DNA of 64,000 nt from Polyangiaceae bacterium (GTDB lineage Bacteria > Myxococcota_A > Polyangia > Polyangiales > Polyangiaceae): the NCBI GenBank assembly GCA_050287085.1, contig JBNKBE010000027.1, forward strand, positions 13,840 to 77,839. The letters run 5' to 3'. Below, one piece after another: positions 10,904-19,288 of the stretch. The notes below the pieces were generated by a model. That model was given only the letters and a program-made list of their open reading frames with translations, was not told the origin of the DNA and made no database searches. The first letter of the stretch is position 1; each line of letters begins with the position of its first letter. The position numbers and the translations under genes were made by a program.

Positions 10904-12693
10904 GGAAGCTCCTTTTCGCTTGTTGCAAGGGTTTCCAGCAGCTCGCGACGCATGGCTTTCACGCTGAGATTGAGCTGATTGAGGCGCAGATGAACCTGGC
11001 GCGCCGTGCCCTCAGGGCCGAGCAAGCGCTTGGCTATTAGGTCGAGATCGCCCCCATCCTGTCTGAACAGCTGCTCGAGATATTGCCGCTCCACGTGACT
11101 GGCGGTGGCCGCGAACCCAAGCCCTTTCGGTAGCTCGACATAGACGCCCCTGTCTACAAGCGGCGGGCGCGTCGTCGTTTGCGGTGAGCGGAGCGCTTGT
11201 GCAGGCAGAGCCCCGGAATTCGAGTAATCGGGACCTAATAGACGATCGACCAGCTCGTCTGTGAGGGCCAGGACAGCGGGGGCGCGCGGTCGTTCGCCCT
11301 TGGCGACGCTCGCCAGGCCCTCCTCCTCGAGCGATTGGCAGAGTGCAAACACCAGCATGTTGTTCATGAAGAGGCGGAGTTCCCGGTGGTTACCAGGCCA
11401 CGGGTGTTCGACCAAACGCCGCAGCGTGGCAGGCGCCATGAAGACGGTAAACGCGCCGGGACGTGCAAGCTTGGCGTTGGGTCGACGGAAGAGGACGTCG
11501 TTGCGGCTGGGATCAAAGGGTCTGAGGGTCGGGTGCTTAACTAAGAATGCGTGCACCAGCGAGGCCATCGCCGGGGAAGCGAGCGCCTCCAAGAGACTGA
11601 AACGCACCATATCGCGAACGTCCTGCGAGCGCTCGCGCAAGGGGGGCAGGCGTACGCGTGTTGCCGGGTTGAGCCGCATATAGAGATCGCGACGAAAGCG
11701 CCCTTTGGCCACCAATTGCCCCAGATCTTGATTCGTTGCAGCGATCAATTTGACCACCGCCGGGCGCGCAACCTGATCTCCGAGACGCGTTACCTCGTTG
11801 CGCTCCAATACTAGGAGTAGTTGACGCTGTACGTCGAGATCCAGGTTTGCGATCTCGTCCAGGAATAAGGTTCCGGAGTGGGCTTGTTCGAATACGCCGC
11901 GATGGTCTGCGGTGGCCCCCGTGTAGGCACCTTTCTTTGCCCCAAAGAGGTGAGCCGGCAGCAGCGCTGCAGGGATCGTCGACAGATCTGTGATCACCAA
12001 CGCCCCTTTGACGCCGGAGCGGGGATGGATGAAGTGTTCGGCTAGGTAGCTCTTTCCTGTGCCCGTTTCCCCTTCGATCAGCGTGGGAAGGGGCGAACGC
12101 GCCAATACGCTGAGCGAGCGACGCACGGCGGCCATCGGCTCGCTCTTGCCCCAGAACACCACACCCTCTTCGCTTTCGTGGGAGAGTTGCAGGGCGCGGC
12201 GGATTTCGGCGACCAGGCTGCGGCTGTCAACGACTTCGTTTTGACACAAGTAAAGCAGTGGATCGCTCGGACGCTTGTCTCCCAGCTCTACGTCCGTGGT
12301 CGTCAGCATCACAATGGGCAGACGCGGGTAGTCGCGTCGCAGCCGCTCCCAGATGAATAGTCCTTGTTGGCGACGCAGTGTTGAGAGCTGTGCCTTGCGC
12401 GCCTTGGGCTCGCTTGGGATAGCGCTCTTATCCTCTGGCAGTAAGCGCTCTTCGGGCCGCGCGAAGTGCAGATCCAGCACGACCAAGTCCGGGAGCCGCT
12501 CCATGTTGCGAAGCGCCTCCTCCGCCTCGAAGTAGTCGTGGGCGCACTTCAGCGGGCAGCCCTGATCGCGCCGCTCGCAGACGCTGCAAGGGATCGGACG
12601 TCCGCAGCGCGTGACATACTCGAATTCCTGGAGGTGGCGGTGACAGAGCTCGATCGTCTGGTCTCGGTCATCAATGATCAGTAGTCGCGGCAA
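10900..12693 (-). CDS. Sigma54-dependent enhancer-binding activator with N-terminal receiver domain
   Basis: REC (LLIIDD...LVVLD); Walker A GETGTGKS; AHLFGAKKGAYTGA (GAFTGA variant); Walker B LFLDEI; GRFRRDLYMRLN; WPGNHREL; C-terminal helical region. TTG start with AGGAAGG upstream. Confidence 0.93.
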   Translation of the reverse strand: MPRLLIIDDRDQTIELCHRHLQEFEYVTRCGRPIPCSVCERRDQGCPLKCAHDYFEAEEALRNMERLPDLVVLDLHFARPEERLLPEDKSAIPSEPKARKAQLSTLRRQQGLFIWERLRRDYPRLPIVMLTTTDVELGDKRPSDPLLYLCQNEVVDSRSLVAEIRRALQLSHESEEGVVFWGKSEPMAAVRRSLSVLARSPLPTLIEGETGTGKSYLAEHFIHPRSGVKGALVITDLSTIPAALLPAHLFGAKKGAYTGATADHRGVFEQAHSGTLFLDEIANLDLDVQRQLLLVLERNEVTRLGDQVARPAVVKLIAATNQDLGQLVAKGRFRRDLYMRLNPATRVRLPPLRERSQDVRDMVRFSLLEALASPAMASLVHAFLVKHPTLRPFDPSRNDVLFRRPNAKLARPGAFTVFMAPATLRRLVEHPWPGNHRELRLFMNNMLVFALCQSLEEEGLASVAKGERPRAPAVLALTDELVDRLLGPDYSNSGALPAQALRSPQTTTRPPLVDRGVYVELPKGLGFAATASHVERQYLEQLFRQDGGDLDLIAKRLLGPEGTARQVHLRLNQLNLSVKAMRRELLETLATSEKELP

Positions 12694-12720
12694 TCGGAGT
12701 CCTTCCTGGTCGCCTCGTCA

Positions 12721-12737
12721 TTCAAGTTTGGTGCCAA
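12721..12737 (-). promoter_or_regulatory. Putative sigma54 promoter upstream of the activator gene
   Basis: Minus strand TTGGCACCAAACTTGAA = TGGCAC-N5-TTGA (GG-N10-GA), ending 27 bp before the TTG at 12693. Confidence 0.65.
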
Positions 12738-12758
12738 TATCAGTCAACCCCGTCCGGC

Positions 12759-13085
12759 TCATGTGGCTTCGCTTCGAAGCTTGGCGAAAGCCTGCTCCAA
12801 GGTTAGTACCCCCGCTAGGTCATCGCTTTCAGCTGCGGCCAACGCAGCGCGAACGGCACAATCGACGGCGTGCAAGTCCAGGCCTTCCGGCGCTTCCTCA
12901 CGCAGCTGTTCCCACAGTTGCAAGGGTGCAATGGGCTGACCTTCCTCGTCGATGCACTGCGCTCGGAGCTCTCCGGCGACGGGCTTTCGACCCAACTCCC
13001 GGCAGTCTCGCGCCGACCAAAGCATACGCTTGATGAGGTCGTGGCCGACTCTATCCAGCCAATCGCGCACCTGCTGTCGGACCAT
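12759..13085 (-). CDS. Small helical hypothetical protein (108 aa) with HDxxK motif
   Basis: ATG start, natural helical composition, first gene of the leftward cluster. Confidence 0.75.
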   Translation of the reverse strand: MVRQQVRDWLDRVGHDLIKRMLWSARDCRELGRKPVAGELRAQCIDEEGQPIAPLQLWEQLREEAPEGLDLHAVDCAVRAALAAAESDDLAGVLTLEQAFAKLRSEAT

Positions 13086-13245
13086 GAGATCTGCCTACCA
13101 TAGCTTTTATCTACGCTTTGGCTAGCAGCCATGGGCTCTTGGTCCACATCAGGACGTGAGCTCGACATGATATGAAAGATAGAGAAACTATGTGAATTAT
13201 GTAGTTATGTTGTCATTGGTGCAATGATTACGCGTGGTTATGTCG

Positions 13246-13261
13246 TGGCATGGATGCTGCT
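13246..13261 (+). promoter_or_regulatory. Putative sigma54 promoter of the VIT-vWA operon
   Basis: TGGCATGGATGCTGCT has exact GG-N10-GC spacing (GG 13247-48, GC 13259-60), ends 14 bp before ATG 13276, and follows an AT-rich tract. Confidence 0.65.
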
Positions 13262-13275
13262 GTGGGCAGGGCATC

Positions 13276-15600
13276 ATGACTTCAGTCTCAATTCTTTGCG
13301 GCGCCTTGCGCTGGACGCTCTTGCTCCTGATGTGTGTTGTCGCGCGCCCCGCCTGGGCGCAGATGACGCTCAGCCCGCGGTGGACCGATGCCACTCCCAC
13401 GCGGGACAACCCACTACCTCTCGAACATGAGCGGCTGACCGTCACCATCGACGAGCAGCATGCAACCTCAGTCTTTGCTCAGCGGTATGTCAATCGCAGC
13501 GCGGCCGCCCTGGAGGCGGTCTGTACGTTGCGCGCGGGCGAGGGGGCGCGGGTTCAGGCCTTTGCCTATTGGAATGGAGAGGAGAAGATCGTCGGCGAAG
13601 TGTTTGAGAAGGAGGCGGCGGCCCGCGTCTATCAGGAGACGAGCGGGCGCGGTCGGGATCCTGGGCTCGTGGAGCAAACGGGCGAGGGTGCGTTCTCTTT
13701 TCGCGTCTTTCCAATTGCCCCGGCGGAGCAGAAGCGGCTGGAGATCACCGTCGCCCAACGCTTGCCGCGAGTGGGAAGGCGAGTTCAATACCGCGCCCCT
13801 CTGGCCAGCTCTGCCGCGCAGGTGGGGCTTACACTTCGAGACTCTCGTCCGCTGCGGAACATTGCTTCTAGCACCCACGAGCTCGAGCTCGAAACGCGTG
13901 GGCGAAGCATGCATATCATCGCCAAACCCAAGTCGGCGCGGGCAACTGAGTTCGTGCTCGACTACGAGATCGCAGAGGCGCCGTACTCCCTTGCCGTAGC
14001 CACTCATCAAGATGCGGGACAGCCCGCCTACCTGACGATCACCTTGGGCACGGAGCAAGAGCAAGTGCAGACCCCGAAGGACGTTACGATCGTGTTGGAC
14101 CATTCGGGCAGCATGAGCGGCACGCCCCTGACGGAGGCACGAGCGGCGGCCAAGGAGGTCATCTCGCGCCTCACCAAGAAAGACCATGTCAACGTGATCG
14201 CTTTTGACGACTCGATGGACACGCTTTACGACGCCATGCGCCCGGCCACAGCGGACGGCAAAGCTGAAGCAAGTAGGTTCTTGGATGCTGTATCGGACGG
14301 CGGAGGTACTGACATCGCTGGCGCCCTGCGTCGCGCCTTGGCCGTCCAGAGGCCAGGTGCGGACCGCCCGCTGGTGCTGCTGCTCACCGATGGCGAGTCG
14401 GATCCGAAAGCTGCTTTCGACGTGGTGAAGGAGGATAGGTCGAATGCTCGGCTCTTCACCGTGGGCATCGGACAGGGCGTCAATCGACCACTACTTGCGC
14501 GCCTCGCGGACATGAAGCGCGGCCGCTTCACCTACATTCAGAGCGCTGAAGCGATTCGTTCGTCGGTCACGCGTCTATTCTCCATGGTCGAGTCCGCGGC
14601 GGTGCGAGGGCCCGAGCTGCATCTCGAAGGCGGTACGTTGCTACAAATGCAACCCAGCACCCTCCCTGATTTGGCGCCGGGCGAAGAGCTTGTGGTCACT
14701 GCGCGCGCGCTCGGAAGCGGCCCCGCCACGCTCACGTTCACGGGTCAAGGCAAGGCGGGACTCATCAAGACTTCGGCGAGGGTGCAGCTCGGTCGAACCG
14801 CCTCCCGCCCATGGGTGGGACGGTTGTGGGCCAACAGCCGCGCTGACCATGTGCTCGAAGACATCAGCCTGGAAGGCGAGACTGACGAGCGCAAGACCGA
14901 GGTTGTGGAGCTTGCCATCGCTTACGGTTTCGTCACGCCCTATACGTCCTTTCTGGCGATCCCCGAAGCTGAATTGACGGGCACTACGTCGGAGCTCATG
15001 CAAGACATGCGGGAGCGCAAGCGAGCCATCCTGGCCAAGCGCAAAGACGCGGTCGCGCTATCGCGCTCGAATATGCCGCCCGGAGATCCAGTGCTTAGCG
15101 TGAAAGCACCCGCAGACGCACAACGGGTCACGGCCTATTTCCCTTTTGGCCTGGTCAAAGAGCTTACCTACGATGCCGAGCAAGAGCGGTGGCGCGTGCG
15201 CTTCTTGGTGCCGAAGTCGGTGGCGGACGGGCAATACGAAGTGCCGGTGGTCGTGGTCACCAAAGACGGCAGCGTGCAAGTGATGAAGGCACGTTATGTG
15301 ATCGACAGCGAGGAGCCCGATTTCGATTCAGGCGCAACGTGTTCCGCTGGAGGAATGCGCGTGGAGGTCACAAGTTTGCAGCCGATACGCGAAGTGTGGG
15401 CGGCGCTCGTCGACGCGCCGGGAAAGCGAGTGCGCCTGGCTCTCGCCTCGACGTCAAGTGATAGCCTTTCACGCGGGCTTGGAAAGCGCTATCTCGGCAC
15501 CTTGAAGCTACCTACGCCGGATGCGCGCGTGAGGATTGTGGTGACCGACGATGCGCGCAACGAGTCCGACGCGGTCCTCAGCTGTCGGGAGAGCGAATGA
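13276..15600 (+). CDS. Exported VIT (vault/inter-alpha-trypsin) and vWA domain protein with C-terminal beta domains
   Basis: Signal peptide ending PAWA-Q; VIT (GEVFEKEAAARVYQE...PGLVEQ...FSFRVFPI); MIDAS DHSGS...GGTDI...LTDGE; YGFVTPYTSFLA. Confidence 0.92.
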   Translation: MTSVSILCGALRWTLLLLMCVVARPAWAQMTLSPRWTDATPTRDNPLPLEHERLTVTIDEQHATSVFAQRYVNRSAAALEAVCTLRAGEGARVQAFAYWNGEEKIVGEVFEKEAAARVYQETSGRGRDPGLVEQTGEGAFSFRVFPIAPAEQKRLEITVAQRLPRVGRRVQYRAPLASSAAQVGLTLRDSRPLRNIASSTHELELETRGRSMHIIAKPKSARATEFVLDYEIAEAPYSLAVATHQDAGQPAYLTITLGTEQEQVQTPKDVTIVLDHSGSMSGTPLTEARAAAKEVISRLTKKDHVNVIAFDDSMDTLYDAMRPATADGKAEASRFLDAVSDGGGTDIAGALRRALAVQRPGADRPLVLLLTDGESDPKAAFDVVKEDRSNARLFTVGIGQGVNRPLLARLADMKRGRFTYIQSAEAIRSSVTRLFSMVESAAVRGPELHLEGGTLLQMQPSTLPDLAPGEELVVTARALGSGPATLTFTGQGKAGLIKTSARVQLGRTASRPWVGRLWANSRADHVLEDISLEGETDERKTEVVELAIAYGFVTPYTSFLAIPEAELTGTTSELMQDMRERKRAILAKRKDAVALSRSNMPPGDPVLSVKAPADAQRVTAYFPFGLVKELTYDAEQERWRVRFLVPKSVADGQYEVPVVVVTKDGSVQVMKARYVIDSEEPDFDSGATCSAGGMRVEVTSLQPIREVWAALVDAPGKRVRLALASTSSDSLSRGLGKRYLGTLKLPTPDARVRIVVTDDARNESDAVLSCRESE

Positions 15601-17093
15601 TGCACCTAGGACTCAGGATTTGCCTGGCCGTGCTCACGGGCGCGGTCTTGTCCCTATGCACGGCCGAGCGCGCGCGTGCGGACGGCAGAGCTGACGGCAG
15701 AGCTGACGGGGCGCGTGCGGCGGGCAGCGCTGCGGTGGCGCGAGCGGCGGGCAGCGCTGCGCCCGACCGCGAAGGAGAGGCGCGGGCGGTGTTCTCCACT
15801 AGCGGCGACGTGAGTGGCGCACCGCGGGCGGTGTTCTCCACTAGCGGCGACGTGAGTGGCGCACCGCGGGCGGTGTTCTCCACTACCCGCGAAGTGAGGG
15901 ACTTCCTTGTTCAGGGGGACACCTTATACGTGGCCACTTCCGGCGGCCTCGAGCGTTATGCATTGCAGACGCGAAGCTATCTGGGCGTGGTGACCACGCA
16001 AGACGGGCTAGCATCGCTAGACGTGCGCCGCTTGCGGCATAGCGATTCGGGGCACGTGCTGGTGCAAAGTGCAGAACACGAATGCACGCTCGACCCGCAA
16101 GGACCACGGCTGCTTGGGTGTGTTGACGCCGCTGTCAGTATTACGCCCAAGTTTGAGGTCTACCCGCAACGTATCGAGGGCGCGCCCGTTACGGCGCGAT
16201 ACGCATCCTCGGACGGCTCGGAGTGGCTGGGCACAGCCGGTCAGGGCGTATGGGTGCGCCACCGCGGCGTCAGCAGACGAGTCAGCCCGGCGGCGCAGGT
16301 GACCAGCAATCACGTTGTGGCCGTGGCCGAATGGCGGGGCGCAGTCTGGCTTGCCACCTTTGACGCAGGCCTGAACCGCTACCAGGATGGCGCCTTCCAG
16401 CGGGCGGCGCTTTCACCACGTTTGCTCAACGACGTGCTCGCTGTCGGAGACACCCTTTTTGTGGCCACCGCTTCGGGGCTCTACCGTAGCACTGACGGCG
16501 AGCGCTTTGAAAGGGAAGCCCGCGTTCGCGAGAAGGCGATCAGTGACCTTGCATACGACGTCACGACCCAGACGCTGCTTGCCGCCGCTACCAATTCACT
16601 TTGGGAGCTGCCCGTTGGGCGCCCTGGACGTATTGCTGTGCGTTACCAACCCGGCGGCACGAAGTCGATTCAAGCGGTGGACGTGAGTCCCGATGGGCAG
16701 GTGTTTCTCGCTACCGAAGATCGCGGCGTGATCCTGCGGCGCGGCAACGGGTACGTCGTCTTCGACAGACTCGCCGGCTATCCATCGAGTTGGACCTTGG
16801 ACGTGGCGGCTCTCGGGAGCGAGCAGGCCATCGCGGGAACCTTGCGGCACGGTCTGTTTGGAGTGGGCGAGGCGTTGGTTCCACAGCGCAAGCTCGATCC
16901 ATGGGTCTTATTCCTGGCTCGAGATCGCGAGATCCCCAACGGGATTCTCGTTGGCACTCAAGGCGGCGGAGCCCTCGTTTCACCTGCGGGCACTCAACTT
17001 CTGGCGGGGCTGCCGAACCCATGTGTGCACGTCATGGCGCGCACCAGCGCGGGGCTTTGGGTCGGCACCGAAGGAGGGTTAGCATTGTATTGA
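15597..17093 (+). CDS. Exported beta-propeller protein (ligand-binding sensor propeller-like repeats)
   Basis: Signal peptide; repeated blades LYVATSGGL, WLGTAGQGV, WLATFDAGL, FVATASGL, FLATEDRGV, WVGTEGGL; ATGA coupling to the VIT gene. Confidence 0.87.
   Translation: MMHLGLRICLAVLTGAVLSLCTAERARADGRADGRADGARAAGSAAVARAAGSAAPDREGEARAVFSTSGDVSGAPRAVFSTSGDVSGAPRAVFSTTREVRDFLVQGDTLYVATSGGLERYALQTRSYLGVVTTQDGLASLDVRRLRHSDSGHVLVQSAEHECTLDPQGPRLLGCVDAAVSITPKFEVYPQRIEGAPVTARYASSDGSEWLGTAGQGVWVRHRGVSRRVSPAAQVTSNHVVAVAEWRGAVWLATFDAGLNRYQDGAFQRAALSPRLLNDVLAVGDTLFVATASGLYRSTDGERFEREARVREKAISDLAYDVTTQTLLAAATNSLWELPVGRPGRIAVRYQPGGTKSIQAVDVSPDGQVFLATEDRGVILRRGNGYVVFDRLAGYPSSWTLDVAALGSEQAIAGTLRHGLFGVGEALVPQRKLDPWVLFLARDREIPNGILVGTQGGGALVSPAGTQLLAGLPNPCVHVMARTSAGLWVGTEGGLALY
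15781..15885. repeat. 42-bp in-frame tandem repeat, 2.5 exact copies (RAVFSTSGDVSGAP)
   Basis: Unit CGCGGGCGGTGTTCTCCACTAGCGGCGACGTGAGTGGCGCAC at 15781 and 15823, partial at 15865; a 12-bp GACGGCAGAGCT repeat lies nearby at 15681. Confidence 0.95.
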
Positions 17094-17135
17094 TGCTGCG
17101 AAAGCGTCGGGCCAGGAGCCTGCCTTTGTGACCGC

Positions 17136-17402
17136 TCATGGTCCAAGGCCTAGCAGACGGATGAGCCGCGGCCATGCCCGGTCACCGAACCGTCCAGCGA
17201 ATAGGCCGCACGCGAGGCCGATAGCCACGACCTTGGCAACATGGGCGCCCAGGCTCAGCGTTGGGGAACCGAGTGAGAGAAACCCTAGAGCTGAGCCGAA
17301 TAGGGCTGCACAGATGGCTTGGGTCCAGCTCCAGCGGGAGCGCTCGTGCCGTCGACGCTTCGCGGCTGAAAATCCGTGGGCTGCCTGCTCCCCTCCGTTC
17401 AT
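17136..17402 (-). CDS. Small hypothetical membrane protein (88 aa, two TM segments)
   Basis: ATG 17402; two hydrophobic stretches (AICAALFGSALGFLSL; VVAIGLACGLFAG). Confidence 0.5.
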   Translation of the reverse strand: MNGGEQAAHGFSAAKRRRHERSRWSWTQAICAALFGSALGFLSLGSPTLSLGAHVAKVVAIGLACGLFAGRFGDRAWPRLIRLLGLGP

Positions 17403-17419
17403 CCGTGACGCCCGTCCGC

Positions 17420-17628
17420 CCGTGCGGAAATCGCTTGAGGGGACAGCGCCGAATGCCGTCGGCTCTGACCTGGTAGCGGTGGGCGGTCTCGCCGAGAGAC
17501 AGGATCGCGTCTCGCACACGCCGCTCGAAGTTCTCCGCCAAGCGGTCATCGCGTTCGAGCAGGTACAGGTACGTCTCGCGCACATCGGTCACCGCCCAGG
17601 GCAGGACCTTCACTTCGTAGCGAGCCAT
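17420..17628 (-). pseudogene. RelE/ParE-family toxin, apparently C-terminally truncated
   Basis: MARYEVKVLPWAVTDVRETYLYLLE...IRRCPLKRFPH fits the ParE N-terminal two-thirds. The expected hydrophobic strands and H..R motif are missing and the frame continues into unrelated sequence. Confidence 0.72.
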
Positions 17629-17634
17629 GGCTGC

Positions 17635-17859
17635 TCAGGGCTTGGCAAACATTTGAGCCAAGGCTTCCTCAGCAGGCAGCGCCTGGACGCGTCCCGCCTT
17701 CCACTCGGCACGGCGACGGCGGACTTCCGCCATCCAGGCTTCTTCGACCTCGGCGTCGGGCTCGTCAGGCACCACCTCGAGCAGGCGATCGGCAAGCTTG
17801 GCGCGGTCTTCGTCGCTGAGTTGCATGGCCTCGGCAAAGACTTGGTCCAGGGTCGGCAT
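17635..17859 (-). CDS. Addiction-module antitoxin (TIGR02574-like unstable antitoxin)
   Basis: AMQLSDEDRAKLADRLL...VEEAWMAEVRRRRAEWKAGRV is characteristic; lies directly upstream of the toxin. Confidence 0.85.
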   Translation of the reverse strand: MPTLDQVFAEAMQLSDEDRAKLADRLLEVVPDEPDAEVEEAWMAEVRRRRAEWKAGRVQALPAEEALAQMFAKP

Positions 17860-18333
17860 GGGATGGGAGAGCGTCTTGGCCCACTTCAAGAGCGCTTTCA
17901 GTAGCGGCTTGGTTCTGCGCTGCCGCGGACGAAGCAGTTCGTCTGCGGCCAACCCTCGCTCCTTTGCGAGCGCCTCGAGCCGATACATGCGCTGGATTAC
18001 TCGCAGCGCTCGCGCCGGGGTTTTCAGGTGTTCATACGGAAGCCGCTCTCTGCGCGCGTGTCCCCAGCAGTGCGCAAACTTGATATCCGGATTCGCTTGC
18101 GCAACAGGTGGGTAGGAGGCAAACCCATCGACGACGGCGGTACCCTTGTACGTACCGAGCAGCGCGAGCGCGACGCCTTTTCCGCGACTCTCATCGAAGT
18201 GATAGTGCACCGCGTTGTTAACGCGCCGGACCCATATCCACCAGGTCTTCGACTTCCCACGCTCTTCCGACTTCAAGAGCCGCCAGCGCGTCTCGTCAAC
18301 GCCCATCACCGGCTGGGCCAGCACGTGCTCCTC
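17860..18333 (-). mobile_element. Internal fragment of an IS66-family transposase (TnpC)
   Basis: VMGVDETRW, WIWV, YHFDESRG, VVDGFASY, HCWGHARR and IQRMYRLE are IS66 TnpC motifs; both termini, tnpA/tnpB and terminal repeats are absent. Confidence 0.87.
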
Positions 18334-18411
18334 GGGCTTTGCCCTGCGGGGCTGCCTCCCCCTTAGCCGGACTCCTCGCTGCGCTCGTCGCGCGGCTGGG
18401 GAGGGCTCGCG

Positions 18412-18765
18412 TCAACGAGCGTTCTCATCAGGTGGTCGTCGCGTGACGGGTTTCCCCCGGTGACGGATTCTGTGGCCCGCTGCAAACGCAAGTATCGCTC
18501 CCCAGAAGCAGGACGTGCGAACCATGACCCACAGCCAGTGCCCCTGGCAAGCTCCACCAACTCCAGCGCAAATGACATCGTATGGGATCGCCAGAATGAT
18601 GGCGAGCCAGGCCATTGGAAAGATAAGAAGCGCGGCCCAGTCGCCCTTGTCATCAAGGGCGGTCAGGAGCCAGCTGTTCAGCACGGGTGCCAGCGCAGCG
18701 ACACAGAACGCCACCACCATGCGAAACATCGTTGCTCGCCGCAGAACTTCGGAAGGTGAGGTCAT
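18412..18765 (-). CDS. Hypothetical membrane protein (about 3 TM segments; start uncertain)
   Basis: Hydrophobic segments from MTSPSEVL or MFRMVVAF onward; no recognisable family. Confidence 0.5.
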   Translation of the reverse strand: MTSPSEVLRRATMFRMVVAFCVAALAPVLNSWLLTALDDKGDWAALLIFPMAWLAIILAIPYDVICAGVGGACQGHWLWVMVRTSCFWGAILAFAAGHRIRHRGKPVTRRPPDENAR

Positions 18766-19288
18766 TGCACCAGAAATGGGGAAACGGGCTCGGGGGTGGA
18801 AGTGGTGGTAGGGGGACGGGCTTTCGCCCGACGCCCGGTATGTCGACGACACACCAGTTCACCCATGGAGAGCCACCTCTTGGCACCGTCTCCCCGCCGA
18901 GAATGAACAAGTTCCGATTGCTCATAGGTGGGGCCACCCGACCATCGCCGTTTAGGTCGACCACGTCAGCGTCATACACGGACTCACCGTGGGAAGGCGG
19001 ATGTGGTGAGTGCGGCCCCACGCGGCATCCAACTCCCGACTGGGTTGACGAACGAAGACGAAATCGTCGGGCCGTTTCGTCAGGGTCATTTGAATCTCCT
19101 CCCGAACGGGTGACACTGAGCCTGTTCATTGCTCACCACAACAGCACAAGAGCGGCGCCGGTGGCACAGGCGAGGGGCGTCGAGCTTGTCGTTGCAGGTA
19201 CGCACCATCGCGACGCGTGAAGGCTGTTAGGCTTTGCCTAGTGGTTGCGTGTCATGGTCCCTAGTTCTTGAATACTAGGACTGGCGAT

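Noticed and set aside
15781..15885. Possible CRISPR array (also considered 33273-33356 and 63853-64000)
   Set aside because: Units are head-to-tail with no unique spacers, lie in frame within CDSs, and no cas genes are present.
18653..19129. 158-aa minus-strand ORF with a DLNGDG EF-hand-like motif; considered as a toxin remnant with 18412-18765 as immunity gene
   Set aside because: No family resemblance beyond a short motif, it overlaps the membrane ORF, and no RHS or other toxin hallmark is visible.
17100..19280. Integron cassette array (small co-oriented ORFs plus TA module)
   Set aside because: No integrase and no convincing attC sites found by eye; IntegronFinder would be decisive.
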